From assembly GCA_047601445.1 (NCBI GenBank), contig JASGJH010000001.1:2176001-2240000 (forward strand): a stretch of DNA of 64,000 nt, written 5' to 3'. Position numbers and translations under genes: made by a program. Origin of the DNA: Myxococcales bacterium (lineage in GTDB: Bacteria > Myxococcota_A > Polyangia > Polyangiales > DASUME01). Positions 9,924 through 19,786 of this stretch are shown here, piece by piece; within the stretch, counting starts at the first letter, position 1, and each line of letters starts with the position of its first letter. Below the pieces are notes generated by a model that was given only the letters and a program-made list of their open reading frames with translations, was not told the DNA's origin and searched no databases.

Positions 9924-12074
9924 ATGGCATGGGTGGGGTTGGGAAAAGGTCCGCGACTGTTGGCGGTCGTGGGTGTGCTGGCTGTTGGTGCCTGCACAGA
10001 GGATGGGCCTGCCAAGGGCGGTGCACTCGTCGAGGTCACGGGGCGTGTCTTCAGCCTCGACAAGGAGAGTCCGCTGACGGGCGCACAGATCTCCGGGCCG
10101 GGCCATAGCAAGGCCAAGACCACTCAAGATGGCAGCTTCGCGATTGTCCTCGACAGCAGCAAGCCGGGTTCGCTGACGGCGGTCTCCGAGAAGACGGCGC
10201 CCGTGAGCAAGCCTGCGCCCAGCACCCAGGCCCACGTAGAGCTGCATGCCAAGGAGTTCGATGCGCAGCAGGAGATCGACGTCGTGGCCGGCGGAGAGCT
10301 CAAGACCAAGGACGGCGCAGGGCTCAGCTTGGGCAAGGGGCAGCTCGAGTCGAAGGCCAGCAGCGCCAAGGACAAGGCGCAGATCAGCGTCGCCGTGCCG
10401 GACACCAAGCAGGCCTCGGGTCTTGGCTCACTACCCGGCAATTTCGACGCCAAGAAGGGCGGCAAGGCCGGCAAGATCGCGACGGAGTCGGCCGTCTATG
10501 TGTCGGTGAAGCAGGGCGCCGATGAGCTCTCCTTGAAGGGGGGCGCCAAAGCCAAACTGAGCCTCAAGGGCGCGGTCATGCAGCAAAAGGCCAGCGACCT
10601 CACGCTCTATCGCTTCGATGAGGCGAGCGGGACCTGGCTCGACGTGGGTCAGGTGCAGAGCGGAACCGACGCGGGCGGACTCGCCACCTATAGCGGTGAT
10701 GTCGACGGCTTCGGATGGTTCGCGGTGGGCGAGTTTTACGATGCCCTTTCGTGCATCCACGGCTGCATTGCGGGCGAGGCGGCGGGCACGCGGGTCATCG
10801 CCACCGGCGTGGACCATCCCAGTCAGAGCGCGACCTTCACCGACGCCGACGGCTGTTTCACGTTGCAGGTCAAGGCGGCCGCCAAGTTCAGCGTGAGCGC
10901 GCAAGCCAAGGGTCGCGCATCCGCGGGCAGCTTCGTGATGACAGGCAGCGGCCCAGCCTGCAGCAGCCTCGACAGCCTGGTATTGGCGGCGGCAGACCCG
11001 AGCTGCGCGCTCGGGCTGAATCTGTGCGCGGCGGGTTGCAGCGACCTGGACTCCGATCCGCGAAACTGCGGGGCCTGCGGCACGCCGTGTGCGAGCGACG
11101 AGGCGTGCCTGGTAGGCCATTGCGTGGGACCGGGAGAAGTCATCGGCAGCGATGGCGGCGTCACGGATGGCGGCGTGGGGGTCGACCCACTCGATGGTGG
11201 AACACCGAATGACGGTGGCACGACGTCCCCGGATGCGGCGAGCGCCTGCGGCGCCTGCGGGAGTGCCAATACGGTCGTCGGACCGTTCACCCTGGCCGGC
11301 TGCTGCAGCTTCAAGGGCGAGTGCGGGTACGTCTCCGATCCTCTCTTGATCGAGCTCGGGTTCAGCTACGACTGCATCGAGCGCGACCAGCTCGGGGCCA
11401 GCACGAGCGCGTGCCCGGCCTTCGCTCACGAGGGCGCCAACGGCCAGCTCGATATGCCCGGCTGCTGCCGCGACGACAATACCTGCGGCTACGACACGAG
11501 CGCAGCCGACTACACCTCGTTCCAACCCGCACCGGATGGCGGCGCGGGCCCCAATAATCTCCCCACGCCGCTCGGCCTGGGCTGCGTGCGCGCCGATCAA
11601 GTGGTCCCCGGCGCAGTGGGTCGTTCGTGTGCGGGCAGCGCCGGCGACGCCGACGGAGACGGCATCCCCAACAACCTCGACTCGTGTCCGTTCACGGCCG
11701 ACGGCGGGTCGGATGTCGACGGAGATGGCGTGGCAGACGCCTGTGACAACTGTCCGAGCGATTTCAACCTCGACCAGAGCGACAAGGATCAGGACAAGAC
11801 CGGCGACGTCTGTGATGCGGACATCGACGGGGATGGCGTGCTCAACGCGTCCGACAATTGCCCGGATGCCCCCAATGTCAACCAGAGCAACATGGACAAC
11901 GACGCGTTCGGAGACATGTGCGATGTCTGTCCCTACGATCCACTGGCGTCCCAGACGGACACCGACCGCGACGGTGCCGGCGACGACTGCGACAACTGCC
12001 CGTACGAGCCCAACCCGGACCAGCTCGACGTAGACCCAGCAAACGGCCACGGCGACGTCTGCGAGATCTTCTGA
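9924..12074 (+). CDS. Lipoprotein with Cys-rich segments and C-terminal thrombospondin type-3 Ca-binding repeats
   Basis: Lipobox LAVGA-C; SDPRNCGACG Cys repeat; repeated DxDGDGxxDxCDNCP...NxDQxD units. Confidence 0.85.
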   Translation: MAWVGLGKGPRLLAVVGVLAVGACTEDGPAKGGALVEVTGRVFSLDKESPLTGAQISGPGHSKAKTTQDGSFAIVLDSSKPGSLTAVSEKTAPVSKPAPSTQAHVELHAKEFDAQQEIDVVAGGELKTKDGAGLSLGKGQLESKASSAKDKAQISVAVPDTKQASGLGSLPGNFDAKKGGKAGKIATESAVYVSVKQGADELSLKGGAKAKLSLKGAVMQQKASDLTLYRFDEASGTWLDVGQVQSGTDAGGLATYSGDVDGFGWFAVGEFYDALSCIHGCIAGEAAGTRVIATGVDHPSQSATFTDADGCFTLQVKAAAKFSVSAQAKGRASAGSFVMTGSGPACSSLDSLVLAAADPSCALGLNLCAAGCSDLDSDPRNCGACGTPCASDEACLVGHCVGPGEVIGSDGGVTDGGVGVDPLDGGTPNDGGTTSPDAASACGACGSANTVVGPFTLAGCCSFKGECGYVSDPLLIELGFSYDCIERDQLGASTSACPAFAHEGANGQLDMPGCCRDDNTCGYDTSAADYTSFQPAPDGGAGPNNLPTPLGLGCVRADQVVPGAVGRSCAGSAGDADGDGIPNNLDSCPFTADGGSDVDGDGVADACDNCPSDFNLDQSDKDQDKTGDVCDADIDGDGVLNASDNCPDAPNVNQSNMDNDAFGDMCDVCPYDPLASQTDTDRDGAGDDCDNCPYEPNPDQLDVDPANGHGDVCEIF

Positions 12075-12101
12075 CGTTCACGACGCCCCGAAGGCCGTAG
12101 A

Positions 12102-13880
12102 GTGGGCCCGGTGCCCACCCCTTCCCGAGCGCTGCGCTTCGCGTTGCTGGCCTTGCTGGCCGTCAGTGCGCTGGGCCTGCTCGAGCGCGCCGTATTGGTC
12201 GACCTGGGCAGCAAGCGAGACCTCCACCGAGTGTCCTACGTGGGCTCGGCGAACTGTCTGCGCTGTCACGCGGACCATGACCGCAGCTGGCGGGCCACCT
12301 TCCATCGCACGATGACCCAGGCCGCGAGCATCACCAGCGTGGCCGGCGAGTTCGCCGGACAGACACTCGATTACTTCGGCGTGAAAGCGCAGCTGGAGCG
12401 CGGCGCGGGCGGCGAGTTCGTGATGCGCTACGGCGGCGCGGGCTTTCCCGAGCGACGTTTCGTGATCGAGAAGACCGTGGGCTCGCGGCGCTATCAGCAA
12501 TACGTGGCGAGCTTGGATGGGGAGTTCGTGCGGCTGCCGGTGGCCTTCGACCTGACGACACGCCGCTGGTTCCACATGAACGGAGCCTTCTTGACGCCCG
12601 ACCCCGAACCGAGCCCAGCGCTTTCGCAACGCGACTACGAGCGTCACCTAACGCGCTGGAACGACAACTGCATCTTCTGCCACAACGTCGCGCCGAACCC
12701 GGGCCGCCGCTCATCGGGCTTCCAGAGCGAAGTGGCCGAGCTGGGCATCGCCTGCGAGGCCTGCCACGGTCCCGGCGGCGAACACGCGGAGCGCAACCAG
12801 AACCCGCTGCGTCGCTTCACGCTGCACCTCGGGGGCGCGGGAGACCCCACCATCGTGAACCCAGGGCGCCTCGACCACGAGCGCGCAGCCGATCTATGCG
12901 GGCGCTGTCATGGGCAACGCATCACCGACGACGTGGGCGCGTTCTTGAGTCACGGGGATCCTTTCGTGCCGGGCGAAGACCTGGCGCTGTACAGTGCACC
13001 GCTCTGGCGAGACACCACCCTGCAAGGACATTCCTCGGTGTTCGAAGCGCGCTTTTGGGAAGACGGAACGCCGCGCCTCACGGCGTACGAATATCAGGGA
13101 CTGCTGCAGTCGCCCTGCTACCAGCGCGGCGAGCTCTCGTGTACGAGTTGTCACGGGATGCACGATGGCGACCCGCGCGGACAATTGCGGAGCGGCCTCG
13201 ACCGCACACGCGTGTGCACCGAGTGTCACCGCGAACTGCGAGAGCAGCCCAGTCAGTCTGCCCACGCGCGCCACCCCGGGACGCCGCCGGATTGCGTGAG
13301 CTGCCACATGCCGTCGATCGTGTACGGGGTCCTTGCGACTCACCCGAGCCACCGCATCGAGACACCCGAGCCGGCGCGCGCCTACCGCACGGGTCGGCCC
13401 GACGCCTGCACGCTGTGCCACACGGACCGCACACGCGCCTGGGCCGCGCGTGAACGCCGGCGCTTGTTCGGCGGCGAGCTTCCAATCGAGCCCGAAGCGA
13501 CAGCCTGGTCGGAGATGGAGACACAGTTGCTCGCCGGGGATCCCATCGAGCGCGCCATCGCCGCGCAGGCCCTGGCAACCCCACTCGGCGGCCCTCAGAC
13601 GCCTCACGCCGGCCGCGCCCGAGCGCTCCTCCTCGAGGCCATCGAACACGACCCCTACCCCGTCGTGCGCCGCTTCGCGGCCCGTGCGCTCGCCGCCCTC
13701 GAACCGACGCTGCGAGCACGCTTGGCGCAATTCGTCCCCGAAACGCCCACGGACCAACGTAGCCGCACCGTGAACGAGCTCAAGCAGTCGCTGGCCGGCC
13801 GCGTGCATGCGCTGCCCGCGGAGGTCCTCTCCTCGCTGCGGGAGCGCGCCTCCGCCAGCGCCATCGAGATCGGAGAATGA
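12102..13880 (+). CDS. Multiheme (8 x CxxCH) c-type cytochrome with HEAT-like C-terminus
   Basis: CLRCH, CIFCH, CEACH, CGRCH, CTSCH, CTECH, CVSCH, CTLCH; N-terminal signal/anchor; DPIERAIAAQAL and DPYPVVRRFAARAL HEAT-like repeats. Start codon uncertain. Confidence 0.9.
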   Translation: MGPVPTPSRALRFALLALLAVSALGLLERAVLVDLGSKRDLHRVSYVGSANCLRCHADHDRSWRATFHRTMTQAASITSVAGEFAGQTLDYFGVKAQLERGAGGEFVMRYGGAGFPERRFVIEKTVGSRRYQQYVASLDGEFVRLPVAFDLTTRRWFHMNGAFLTPDPEPSPALSQRDYERHLTRWNDNCIFCHNVAPNPGRRSSGFQSEVAELGIACEACHGPGGEHAERNQNPLRRFTLHLGGAGDPTIVNPGRLDHERAADLCGRCHGQRITDDVGAFLSHGDPFVPGEDLALYSAPLWRDTTLQGHSSVFEARFWEDGTPRLTAYEYQGLLQSPCYQRGELSCTSCHGMHDGDPRGQLRSGLDRTRVCTECHRELREQPSQSAHARHPGTPPDCVSCHMPSIVYGVLATHPSHRIETPEPARAYRTGRPDACTLCHTDRTRAWAARERRRLFGGELPIEPEATAWSEMETQLLAGDPIERAIAAQALATPLGGPQTPHAGRARALLLEAIEHDPYPVVRRFAARALAALEPTLRARLAQFVPETPTDQRSRTVNELKQSLAGRVHALPAEVLSSLRERASASAIEIGE

Positions 13881-14299
13881 GTCCCGTGCCCCAGCTCGAA
13901 CGCGAACGCACGCGCACCCGCCGTTTTGGCTTCTGCTCGCTCTTCGCATGGGCCCTGCTCGGGTTCTGCCTGGAGGCTGCCCATGCTTTCAAGCTGAGCT
14001 CTTACCTCGATCACCCGGCGCGCCGTGAGCTGCTCGTCTGGGGACACGCCCACGGCGTGGGTCTCGCCCTCGTGCTGCTGGCGTACGCCGCCCAGGGCGT
14101 GGTCGACCAGCGCTCCGCCTCGGCCGGCCCACGACTGCGCTTCGCCGCGGCGCTCATGCCGCTCGCGTTCGTGCTCTCGGTACTGGGCCAGAGCGAGAGC
14201 GATCCGGGCCCAGCCATCTGGCTGGTCCCAGCGGCCGCCGCGGTGCTGCTGTGGGGGTTGTTCGACGTGGCGCTCGCGAGCCTGCGCGCGCGAGACTAG
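13877..14299 (+). CDS. Small integral membrane protein (about 4 TM, WGHAHG motif)
   Basis: ATGA overlap with the cytochrome gene; four hydrophobic segments. Confidence 0.78.
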   Translation: MSPVPQLERERTRTRRFGFCSLFAWALLGFCLEAAHAFKLSSYLDHPARRELLVWGHAHGVGLALVLLAYAAQGVVDQRSASAGPRLRFAAALMPLAFVLSVLGQSESDPGPAIWLVPAAAAVLLWGLFDVALASLRARD

Positions 14300-14925
14300 C
14301 CCTGGCCCGCGCGCTTGATGGCAAGGGTGCGGTGCACGGGCAATCCGTCCTCGGCCGCGCGTGCCTCGCGGTTGCTGCGCGCACCGTAGGGATTTTCGAC
14401 GATGTAGCCACCCTGCCCGGCCAGCTCGAAGCCTCCGTGGTCGCGCAAGGCGGCCAGGTGACGCTCGGCTCGGTCGTGGACGTCGGTCTGTACGAAGAAC
14501 TCGCCGCCGGGCATGAGCACCCGGGCGATCTGATCGAGCAGCGTGTCCCCCGTGAGGCGCCGCTTCTCGTGCTTTCGCTTCCACCAAGGGTCAGGGAAAT
14601 GCATGAACACGCGGGCCACGCTGGCGCCCGGGACGCGGGCCAGCACCTCGCGCGCGTCGGCCCCCCAAACGGTCACATTGCCCAGCCCACGCCGCCTGCA
14701 GCGCTCGGCGACGAGGTAGGACCATTTCTTCTTGATCTCCATGCCGAGCAGCCGGGCCTGGGGTCGCAGCGCCGCACGTTCGTACAGGAAAAGGCCGTGA
14801 CCAAAGCCGATTTCGAGCTCGATTTCGCCACTACCAGGCAACAGAGTGACCAGGTCGAGGGGGCCCTCGGGGGGGCGCGGAGCCAGGATGCGGTAGCGGT
14901 GGGGGTCGGGCGCTTCGAGTTCCAT
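14296..14925 (-). CDS. trmB: tRNA (guanine-N7)-methyltransferase
   Basis: LEIGFGHG, HFPDPWWKRKHEKRR, FFVQTD; start taken at MELEAP. Confidence 0.93.
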   Translation of the reverse strand: MELEAPDPHRYRILAPRPPEGPLDLVTLLPGSGEIELEIGFGHGLFLYERAALRPQARLLGMEIKKKWSYLVAERCRRRGLGNVTVWGADAREVLARVPGASVARVFMHFPDPWWKRKHEKRRLTGDTLLDQIARVLMPGGEFFVQTDVHDRAERHLAALRDHGGFELAGQGGYIVENPYGARSNREARAAEDGLPVHRTLAIKRAGQG

Positions 14926-15230
14926 GGGGGACGACCGGGCGCCTCTTAACCTCTCGCGCGCCTCGGGTCGACCCCCCAAGTATGGGCGCTCGAAAGGTCC
15001 CTTGCATGGGCCGCGGGGCCCCCCGCCCGGCCCGACGAAAGCCGTCGCGATTCCGTCGGTTTTGTTGACGGTTCCGGGGCCGATCACGTATTCGAACAGC
15101 AGCCTCTTCGGAGCTGGTGTTGCGCGCAGGGAGCGCGTTACCATACCCCGTGGGGCGCGGTGAGAAACCGCCGCGTGGCGCTGCGAGCGCCCGAGCCGTG
15201 CCCCCAATCACCCGGGCGGAGGAGAGTCGA

Positions 15231-16157
15231 GTGCCGACTAAGATCCTGGTTGCTGACGACAGCGCGACGATGCGCCGAGTGTTGGAGATGACCTTCGCAG
15301 GCGAGGACGCCAGCGTAGTCAGTGTCGACAACGGAGACGCCGCGCTCAACAAGCTCGGGGACTTCGGACCCGACGTGGTGTTCGTGGACGCGGCGCTGGC
15401 AGGCGTGGACGGCTACGAGGTCACGCGTCGCATCAAGGCCCAGCAAGGCAAGGTGGCGGTCATCGTGATGGCCAGCCAGCACAACCCATACGACGACGGC
15501 AAGGGCCGCGCCGCAGGGGTGGATGACCACATCTCGAAGCCGTTCGACACGCAGTCGGTGATCGATCGCGTGGGCCAGGTTTTGGCGCGTCCGCGCACTG
15601 CCCCCGCAGCCGCCGAGGCGCCGCGCCCACCCGCCGCGCCCGCCGTGGCTCGTCCCCCTGCGCCCGCCCCGGTCGCTGCGGCCGCAGCTCCGGTAGCCAA
15701 CCCCGCAGCCTCCGCTCAGCGCATGGCTCAAGGCACGCGCCTTGGCCTCGGCGCCCCGGTGCCGCTCGCCCCCACCGCAGCCCCGGCCGCTCAGGCCACG
15801 GCCAAGCCGGCCGCGGCTCCCCAGCCCGTCCCGGCCGCGCCGCTGCGCGCCAACGCCACCATGCCGATGGCACCGGTCTCGTCCGCCAAGCCCGCCGTGG
15901 CCCCGGCACCGCCCGTCGCAGTCGCCCGTCCGCCCGCGCCGGCGGCGCCCGCTGCCGCGCCCGCGGTGGCGAGCATCGGTGCTCAGGCAACCGCGGAGCT
16001 CGCTGGCAAGCTGGGCAACCTCGGCTTGAGCCGTGAGCAGGTGGAGGGCGTGCTCGCGCTCTCCCGCGAAGTCATCGAGCAGGTGGTCTGGGAGGTCGTC
16101 CCGGAGCTGGCCGAGCAGATCATTCGCGAAGAACTCAAGCGCCTCACGGCCGACTGA
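15231..16157 (+). CDS. romR: RomR-like polarity response regulator (receiver + Pro/Ala linker + conserved C-terminal helix)
   Basis: GTG start after GGAGGA. Receiver KILVADDS...VFVD...SKPF, long P/A-rich linker, C-terminal SREVIEQVVWEVVPELAEQIIREELKRL typical of myxobacterial RomR. Confidence 0.82.
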   Translation: MPTKILVADDSATMRRVLEMTFAGEDASVVSVDNGDAALNKLGDFGPDVVFVDAALAGVDGYEVTRRIKAQQGKVAVIVMASQHNPYDDGKGRAAGVDDHISKPFDTQSVIDRVGQVLARPRTAPAAAEAPRPPAAPAVARPPAPAPVAAAAAPVANPAASAQRMAQGTRLGLGAPVPLAPTAAPAAQATAKPAAAPQPVPAAPLRANATMPMAPVSSAKPAVAPAPPVAVARPPAPAAPAAAPAVASIGAQATAELAGKLGNLGLSREQVEGVLALSREVIEQVVWEVVPELAEQIIREELKRLTAD

Positions 16158-16233
16158 GTTACGGCTCGAGCGTTTCCGCGCGCTCCTCCCGGCGCTTCTT
16201 CTCGAAGCCAGCCGTGCGCGCTACAAGAGCCCC

Positions 16234-17007
16234 GTGTTCGAAGAAGACGCTCGCAGCATCTCGCGTCTGGCCGGCCTCGGTGCCTTCACGGCAGCCTGGG
16301 TCGGCGCAGCCACCATGCACCAAGCCTTCGTGGCGCCCTCGGAGCGCGACGCGGTGTTCCAGCGCTATCTGCGGCGCTGGGCGGACTCGCTGGTCAGCCA
16401 GACCGGTGGACAGGTCATCCTCACGCCCGAGAGCCGCGTGCCGCCGCAAAACGGCCCGCGCCTGATCGTCTCGAACCATCGCTCGCCATTCGACATCGGA
16501 GTCCTGTTGTCGATCTTCGGGGGTCACGCGGTGAGTCGCGCCGACATCGCGCGCTGGCCCGTGATCGGCTACGCAGCGCGACGCGCGGGCACCATCTTCG
16601 TGGACCGCGACAGTGCCGGCAGCGGTGCGTCGGCCATTCGAGCCATTCGCCGCAAGCTGCAAGAGGGGGCCTCCATCCTCGTGTTCCCCGAAGGCGGCAC
16701 CTTCTATGGAGACGAGGTACGCCCGTTCCGAGCGGGCGCGTTCTCGGCGCTCAAGGGCCTCAATGCGGAGGTCGTCCCGGTGGGGCTGGCCTACGACCAT
16801 GGCAGCGAGTACGTGGACGAGACGTTCGTCGAGCACGTGCTGCGCGTGGCACGGCGTCGCCAGACGCGCTGCGTCGTGCACATCGGCACACCTCGGATGG
16901 CCCAGGGACGCGCTCAGGAACTCTCGGCTTCCCTTCACCAAGAAGTACAAAGCCTCGTGACGCGTGCGCGCGGACATTGGGAGAGCCTGCCTACCCCCGC
17001 CAAGTAA
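16234..17007 (+). CDS. Lysophospholipid / 1-acyl-sn-glycerol-3-phosphate acyltransferase (PlsC family)
   Basis: NHRSPFD (HxxxxD), GTIFVDR, VFPEGGT. Start uncertain. Confidence 0.9.
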   Translation: MFEEDARSISRLAGLGAFTAAWVGAATMHQAFVAPSERDAVFQRYLRRWADSLVSQTGGQVILTPESRVPPQNGPRLIVSNHRSPFDIGVLLSIFGGHAVSRADIARWPVIGYAARRAGTIFVDRDSAGSGASAIRAIRRKLQEGASILVFPEGGTFYGDEVRPFRAGAFSALKGLNAEVVPVGLAYDHGSEYVDETFVEHVLRVARRRQTRCVVHIGTPRMAQGRAQELSASLHQEVQSLVTRARGHWESLPTPAK

Positions 17008-17045
17008 CGCCCCATGCGCACAGCCTTCTTCGATAGAATGGCGGC

Positions 17046-17774
17046 ATGCGGATCGCGGTGTTGTTCTCCTACGCGCTGAGCTTGGGCGCGGCGAGCCTGG
17101 TGGTGAGTTCGGCGCAAGCTCAGGGCACTCAGGCTCAAACCAGCGGCAGCGTGCAGGCCTCCTCGCACGACCAGGTGGCGGTGTCGGAGCCCGCTCCGGA
17201 GGAAAAGGACGAGGAGTCCGAAGATCCCATGGGCTGGATCGGCATCGGCGTAAAGGTCGGCCTGGCCTACGTCGGCAGCAGCAATATCACGCTCAACGCC
17301 AGTGACGTCGGCGCACCGACCGTCAACGGCATGCAGATCCCCTACTCCCACACCTTCGCCACCCCGCAACGCACCGGCGTTCAGGTCTCGGTGCCGATCA
17401 ATCTCGGTGGCGATGGCTTCGGTTGGGTCGTGGAGCCCTTCATGCATTTCGCGGCCTACAGGGCCACGGGCATCTATACCGGCCCCACCATCAACTTGCA
17501 CCTGGCCGACCCCGTGTACTTCGGCTTCGGCTTTGGTCCCAAGGTCGACTTCTTGAAGGCCGACGAACTCAACTTCGGCATCGATATCGGCGGACGCGTG
17601 CCCTTCACGTTGCACTGGTACCTCGGCAACGACCTGGCACTCGTGGGCGAGGCAGCCATCGGCTACACGGCCACCGGCATCATCAAGACACCGGCGCCCG
17701 GCATGGAAGCCGGCGACATCTCATTCGGCGGAGCCTTCGCCTGGGATTTCGGCGTGGGCATCCGCTTTCCCTGA
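17046..17774 (+). CDS. Probable small outer-membrane beta-barrel protein
   Basis: Sec signal (AQA), alternating amphipathic strands, C-terminal WDFGVGIRFP. Confidence 0.72.
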   Translation: MRIAVLFSYALSLGAASLVVSSAQAQGTQAQTSGSVQASSHDQVAVSEPAPEEKDEESEDPMGWIGIGVKVGLAYVGSSNITLNASDVGAPTVNGMQIPYSHTFATPQRTGVQVSVPINLGGDGFGWVVEPFMHFAAYRATGIYTGPTINLHLADPVYFGFGFGPKVDFLKADELNFGIDIGGRVPFTLHWYLGNDLALVGEAAIGYTATGIIKTPAPGMEAGDISFGGAFAWDFGVGIRFP

Positions 17775-19757
17775 TCACGTCTCGACGAGCTCTCTCACCA
17801 CCACCAACACCTGCCCGCCGTCCACCTGGGCACCGACGCCAGCCTCGATGGCCTCCACCACGCCGTCGCCCGCAGCGCGAATGGCGTGCTCCATCTTCAT
17901 CGCCTCCATCACGAGCAGACGCTGGTCCTTGCTCACGCGCTCGCCCACTCGCACGTCCACGGCGATGATCTTGCCTGGCATCGGCGCCACGTAGCCGCCC
18001 TGCGGCACCGCCGCGTCGAGTTCGGGAAAGCGCGGTTCCTCCCCGAACACGCAGGCAAAGCCGCCCTCTTGCACGAAGCTCCGCCCTGCCTCACGGGTCA
18101 CTCGGTACGCACGCCGCAAACCGTCGATCTCCAGCACGAGTTCGTTGTGCTCGGCCCGACACACCTGCACCGTGTGCTGGGCGCCGAGCACGCCGACCTC
18201 GAAGGTCCCCGCAGCCAGCTCGCGATACTGCACCTCGAGCACGCTCTCACCATGTCGCAACGCGTCCGTTTGGGGCCGCCACGGATGATTGCGAAAGCCG
18301 CCGCGCACGGCCGGCAACAACGCGCCCTCGCGGCGCAGCGCGCGGCGCGCCAACACGGCCGCGACGGCCGCAGCATGCACGCGCTCGACGGACGGCTCGG
18401 GCGCCAGCTCCGCGGCGTGCTCCTCGATGAAATGCGTGTGGATGTGGCCCGCCTCGTACGCGGGATGCGCCAGCAGCTGCAGCAGGAACTCACGGTTGGT
18501 GGCAATGCCCTGGACGCTGAGCTGGCGCAACGCATAGCGCATGCGCTCCGTGGCCTCGCGTCGATCGGCACCGTGGGTAATCACCTTGGCCACCATCGGA
18601 TCGTAGTAAATGCTGACTTCGCTCCCGCTCTCCACGCCCGTGTCCAGGCGTAGCCACGGCAGGCCCTCGGGCACGTGGAAGTCCACGATGGTGCCGCTCT
18701 GAGGCAAGAACCCTTGAGCGGGATCTTCTGCATAGAGCCGGCACTCGAGCGCCGCCCCACGCATGGTCACGTCCGCCTGCGAATAGCCGAGCGCCTCTCC
18801 GCGCGCCACCCGCACCTGCTCGCGCACCAGGTCGAGACCCGTCACGCACTCGGTGATGGGGTGCTCCACCTGCAGCCGCGTGTTGACCTCGAGGAAGTAG
18901 AAGTTCCCTGCAGGATCCACGATGAATTCCACGGTGCCCGCGTTACTGTACCCAATCGCCTTGCCGATCGCGACGGCGGCGTCGCCCATCTTGGCGCGCA
19001 GCTCGGGCGACAGCGCGGTGGACGGAGTCTCCTCGATGACCTTCTGATGCCGGCGCTGAATCGAACACTCACGCTCGAACAGGTGGAGCAGGTTGCCGTG
19101 CTGATCACCGAGGATCTGAATCTCCACGTGACGCGGCCGCTCGACGTACTTTTCGAGGATCAACGCGTCGTCCCCGAACGCCGAGAGCGCCTCGCGCTTG
19201 GCCGCAGCCAGCGCCTCCTGCACGTCCTCCGCGCGCCGGCACACGCGCATGCCCTTGCCGCCGCCGCCAGCGCTCGCCTTCACCAACACGGGGAAACCGA
19301 TGCGGGCGCACTCGGCCGCAAGCAGCGCGGGATCCTGATCGGTCCCGTTGTAGCCGGGCACGACGGGCACACCCGAGGCCATCGCGGTCTCCTTGGCCTC
19401 ACGCTTCTTGCCCATGGCCAAGATAGCTTCCGGCGAAGGTCCGATGAACGTGAGCCCCGCCTCCTGCACCGCACGCGCGAAGGCATCGCGCTCGGAGAGG
19501 AAGCCGAAGCCGGGATGGATTGCGTCTGCCCCCGTGCGTCGCGCCGCCTCCAAGATGCGCGCTACGTCGAGGTAGCTCTCGAGCGACGGAGCCGGGCCGA
19601 TATGCACCGCCTCGTCCGCCACCCGCACGTGCAAGGCCTCCGCGTCGGCGTCCGAGTAGACGGCCACGCTGGCGATCCCCATCGAGCGCAGCGTGCGCGC
19701 GATGCGCACCGCGATCTCTCCGCGGTTGGCAATCAGTACTTTGGAAACTCGCCCCAT
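17775..19757 (-). CDS. Acyl-CoA carboxylase alpha subunit (biotin carboxylase + BCCP; MCC/geranyl-CoA carboxylase type)
   Basis: KVLIANRGEIA, GGGGKGMR, ERECSIQRRHQK, FLEVNTRLQVEH, biotinylation motif EAMKM. Confidence 0.95.
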   Translation of the reverse strand: MGRVSKVLIANRGEIAVRIARTLRSMGIASVAVYSDADAEALHVRVADEAVHIGPAPSLESYLDVARILEAARRTGADAIHPGFGFLSERDAFARAVQEAGLTFIGPSPEAILAMGKKREAKETAMASGVPVVPGYNGTDQDPALLAAECARIGFPVLVKASAGGGGKGMRVCRRAEDVQEALAAAKREALSAFGDDALILEKYVERPRHVEIQILGDQHGNLLHLFERECSIQRRHQKVIEETPSTALSPELRAKMGDAAVAIGKAIGYSNAGTVEFIVDPAGNFYFLEVNTRLQVEHPITECVTGLDLVREQVRVARGEALGYSQADVTMRGAALECRLYAEDPAQGFLPQSGTIVDFHVPEGLPWLRLDTGVESGSEVSIYYDPMVAKVITHGADRREATERMRYALRQLSVQGIATNREFLLQLLAHPAYEAGHIHTHFIEEHAAELAPEPSVERVHAAAVAAVLARRALRREGALLPAVRGGFRNHPWRPQTDALRHGESVLEVQYRELAAGTFEVGVLGAQHTVQVCRAEHNELVLEIDGLRRAYRVTREAGRSFVQEGGFACVFGEEPRFPELDAAVPQGGYVAPMPGKIIAVDVRVGERVSKDQRLLVMEAMKMEHAIRAAGDGVVEAIEAGVGAQVDGGQVLVVVRELVET

Positions 19758-19786
19758 GTGTGCGCTCCGCGTGCTCCTCGAACCCA

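Noticed and set aside
12102..13880. Calling the cytochrome NrfA or hydroxylamine oxidoreductase
   Set aside because: There is no CxxCK motif and no nrfH or hao partner gene; heme count alone is not diagnostic.
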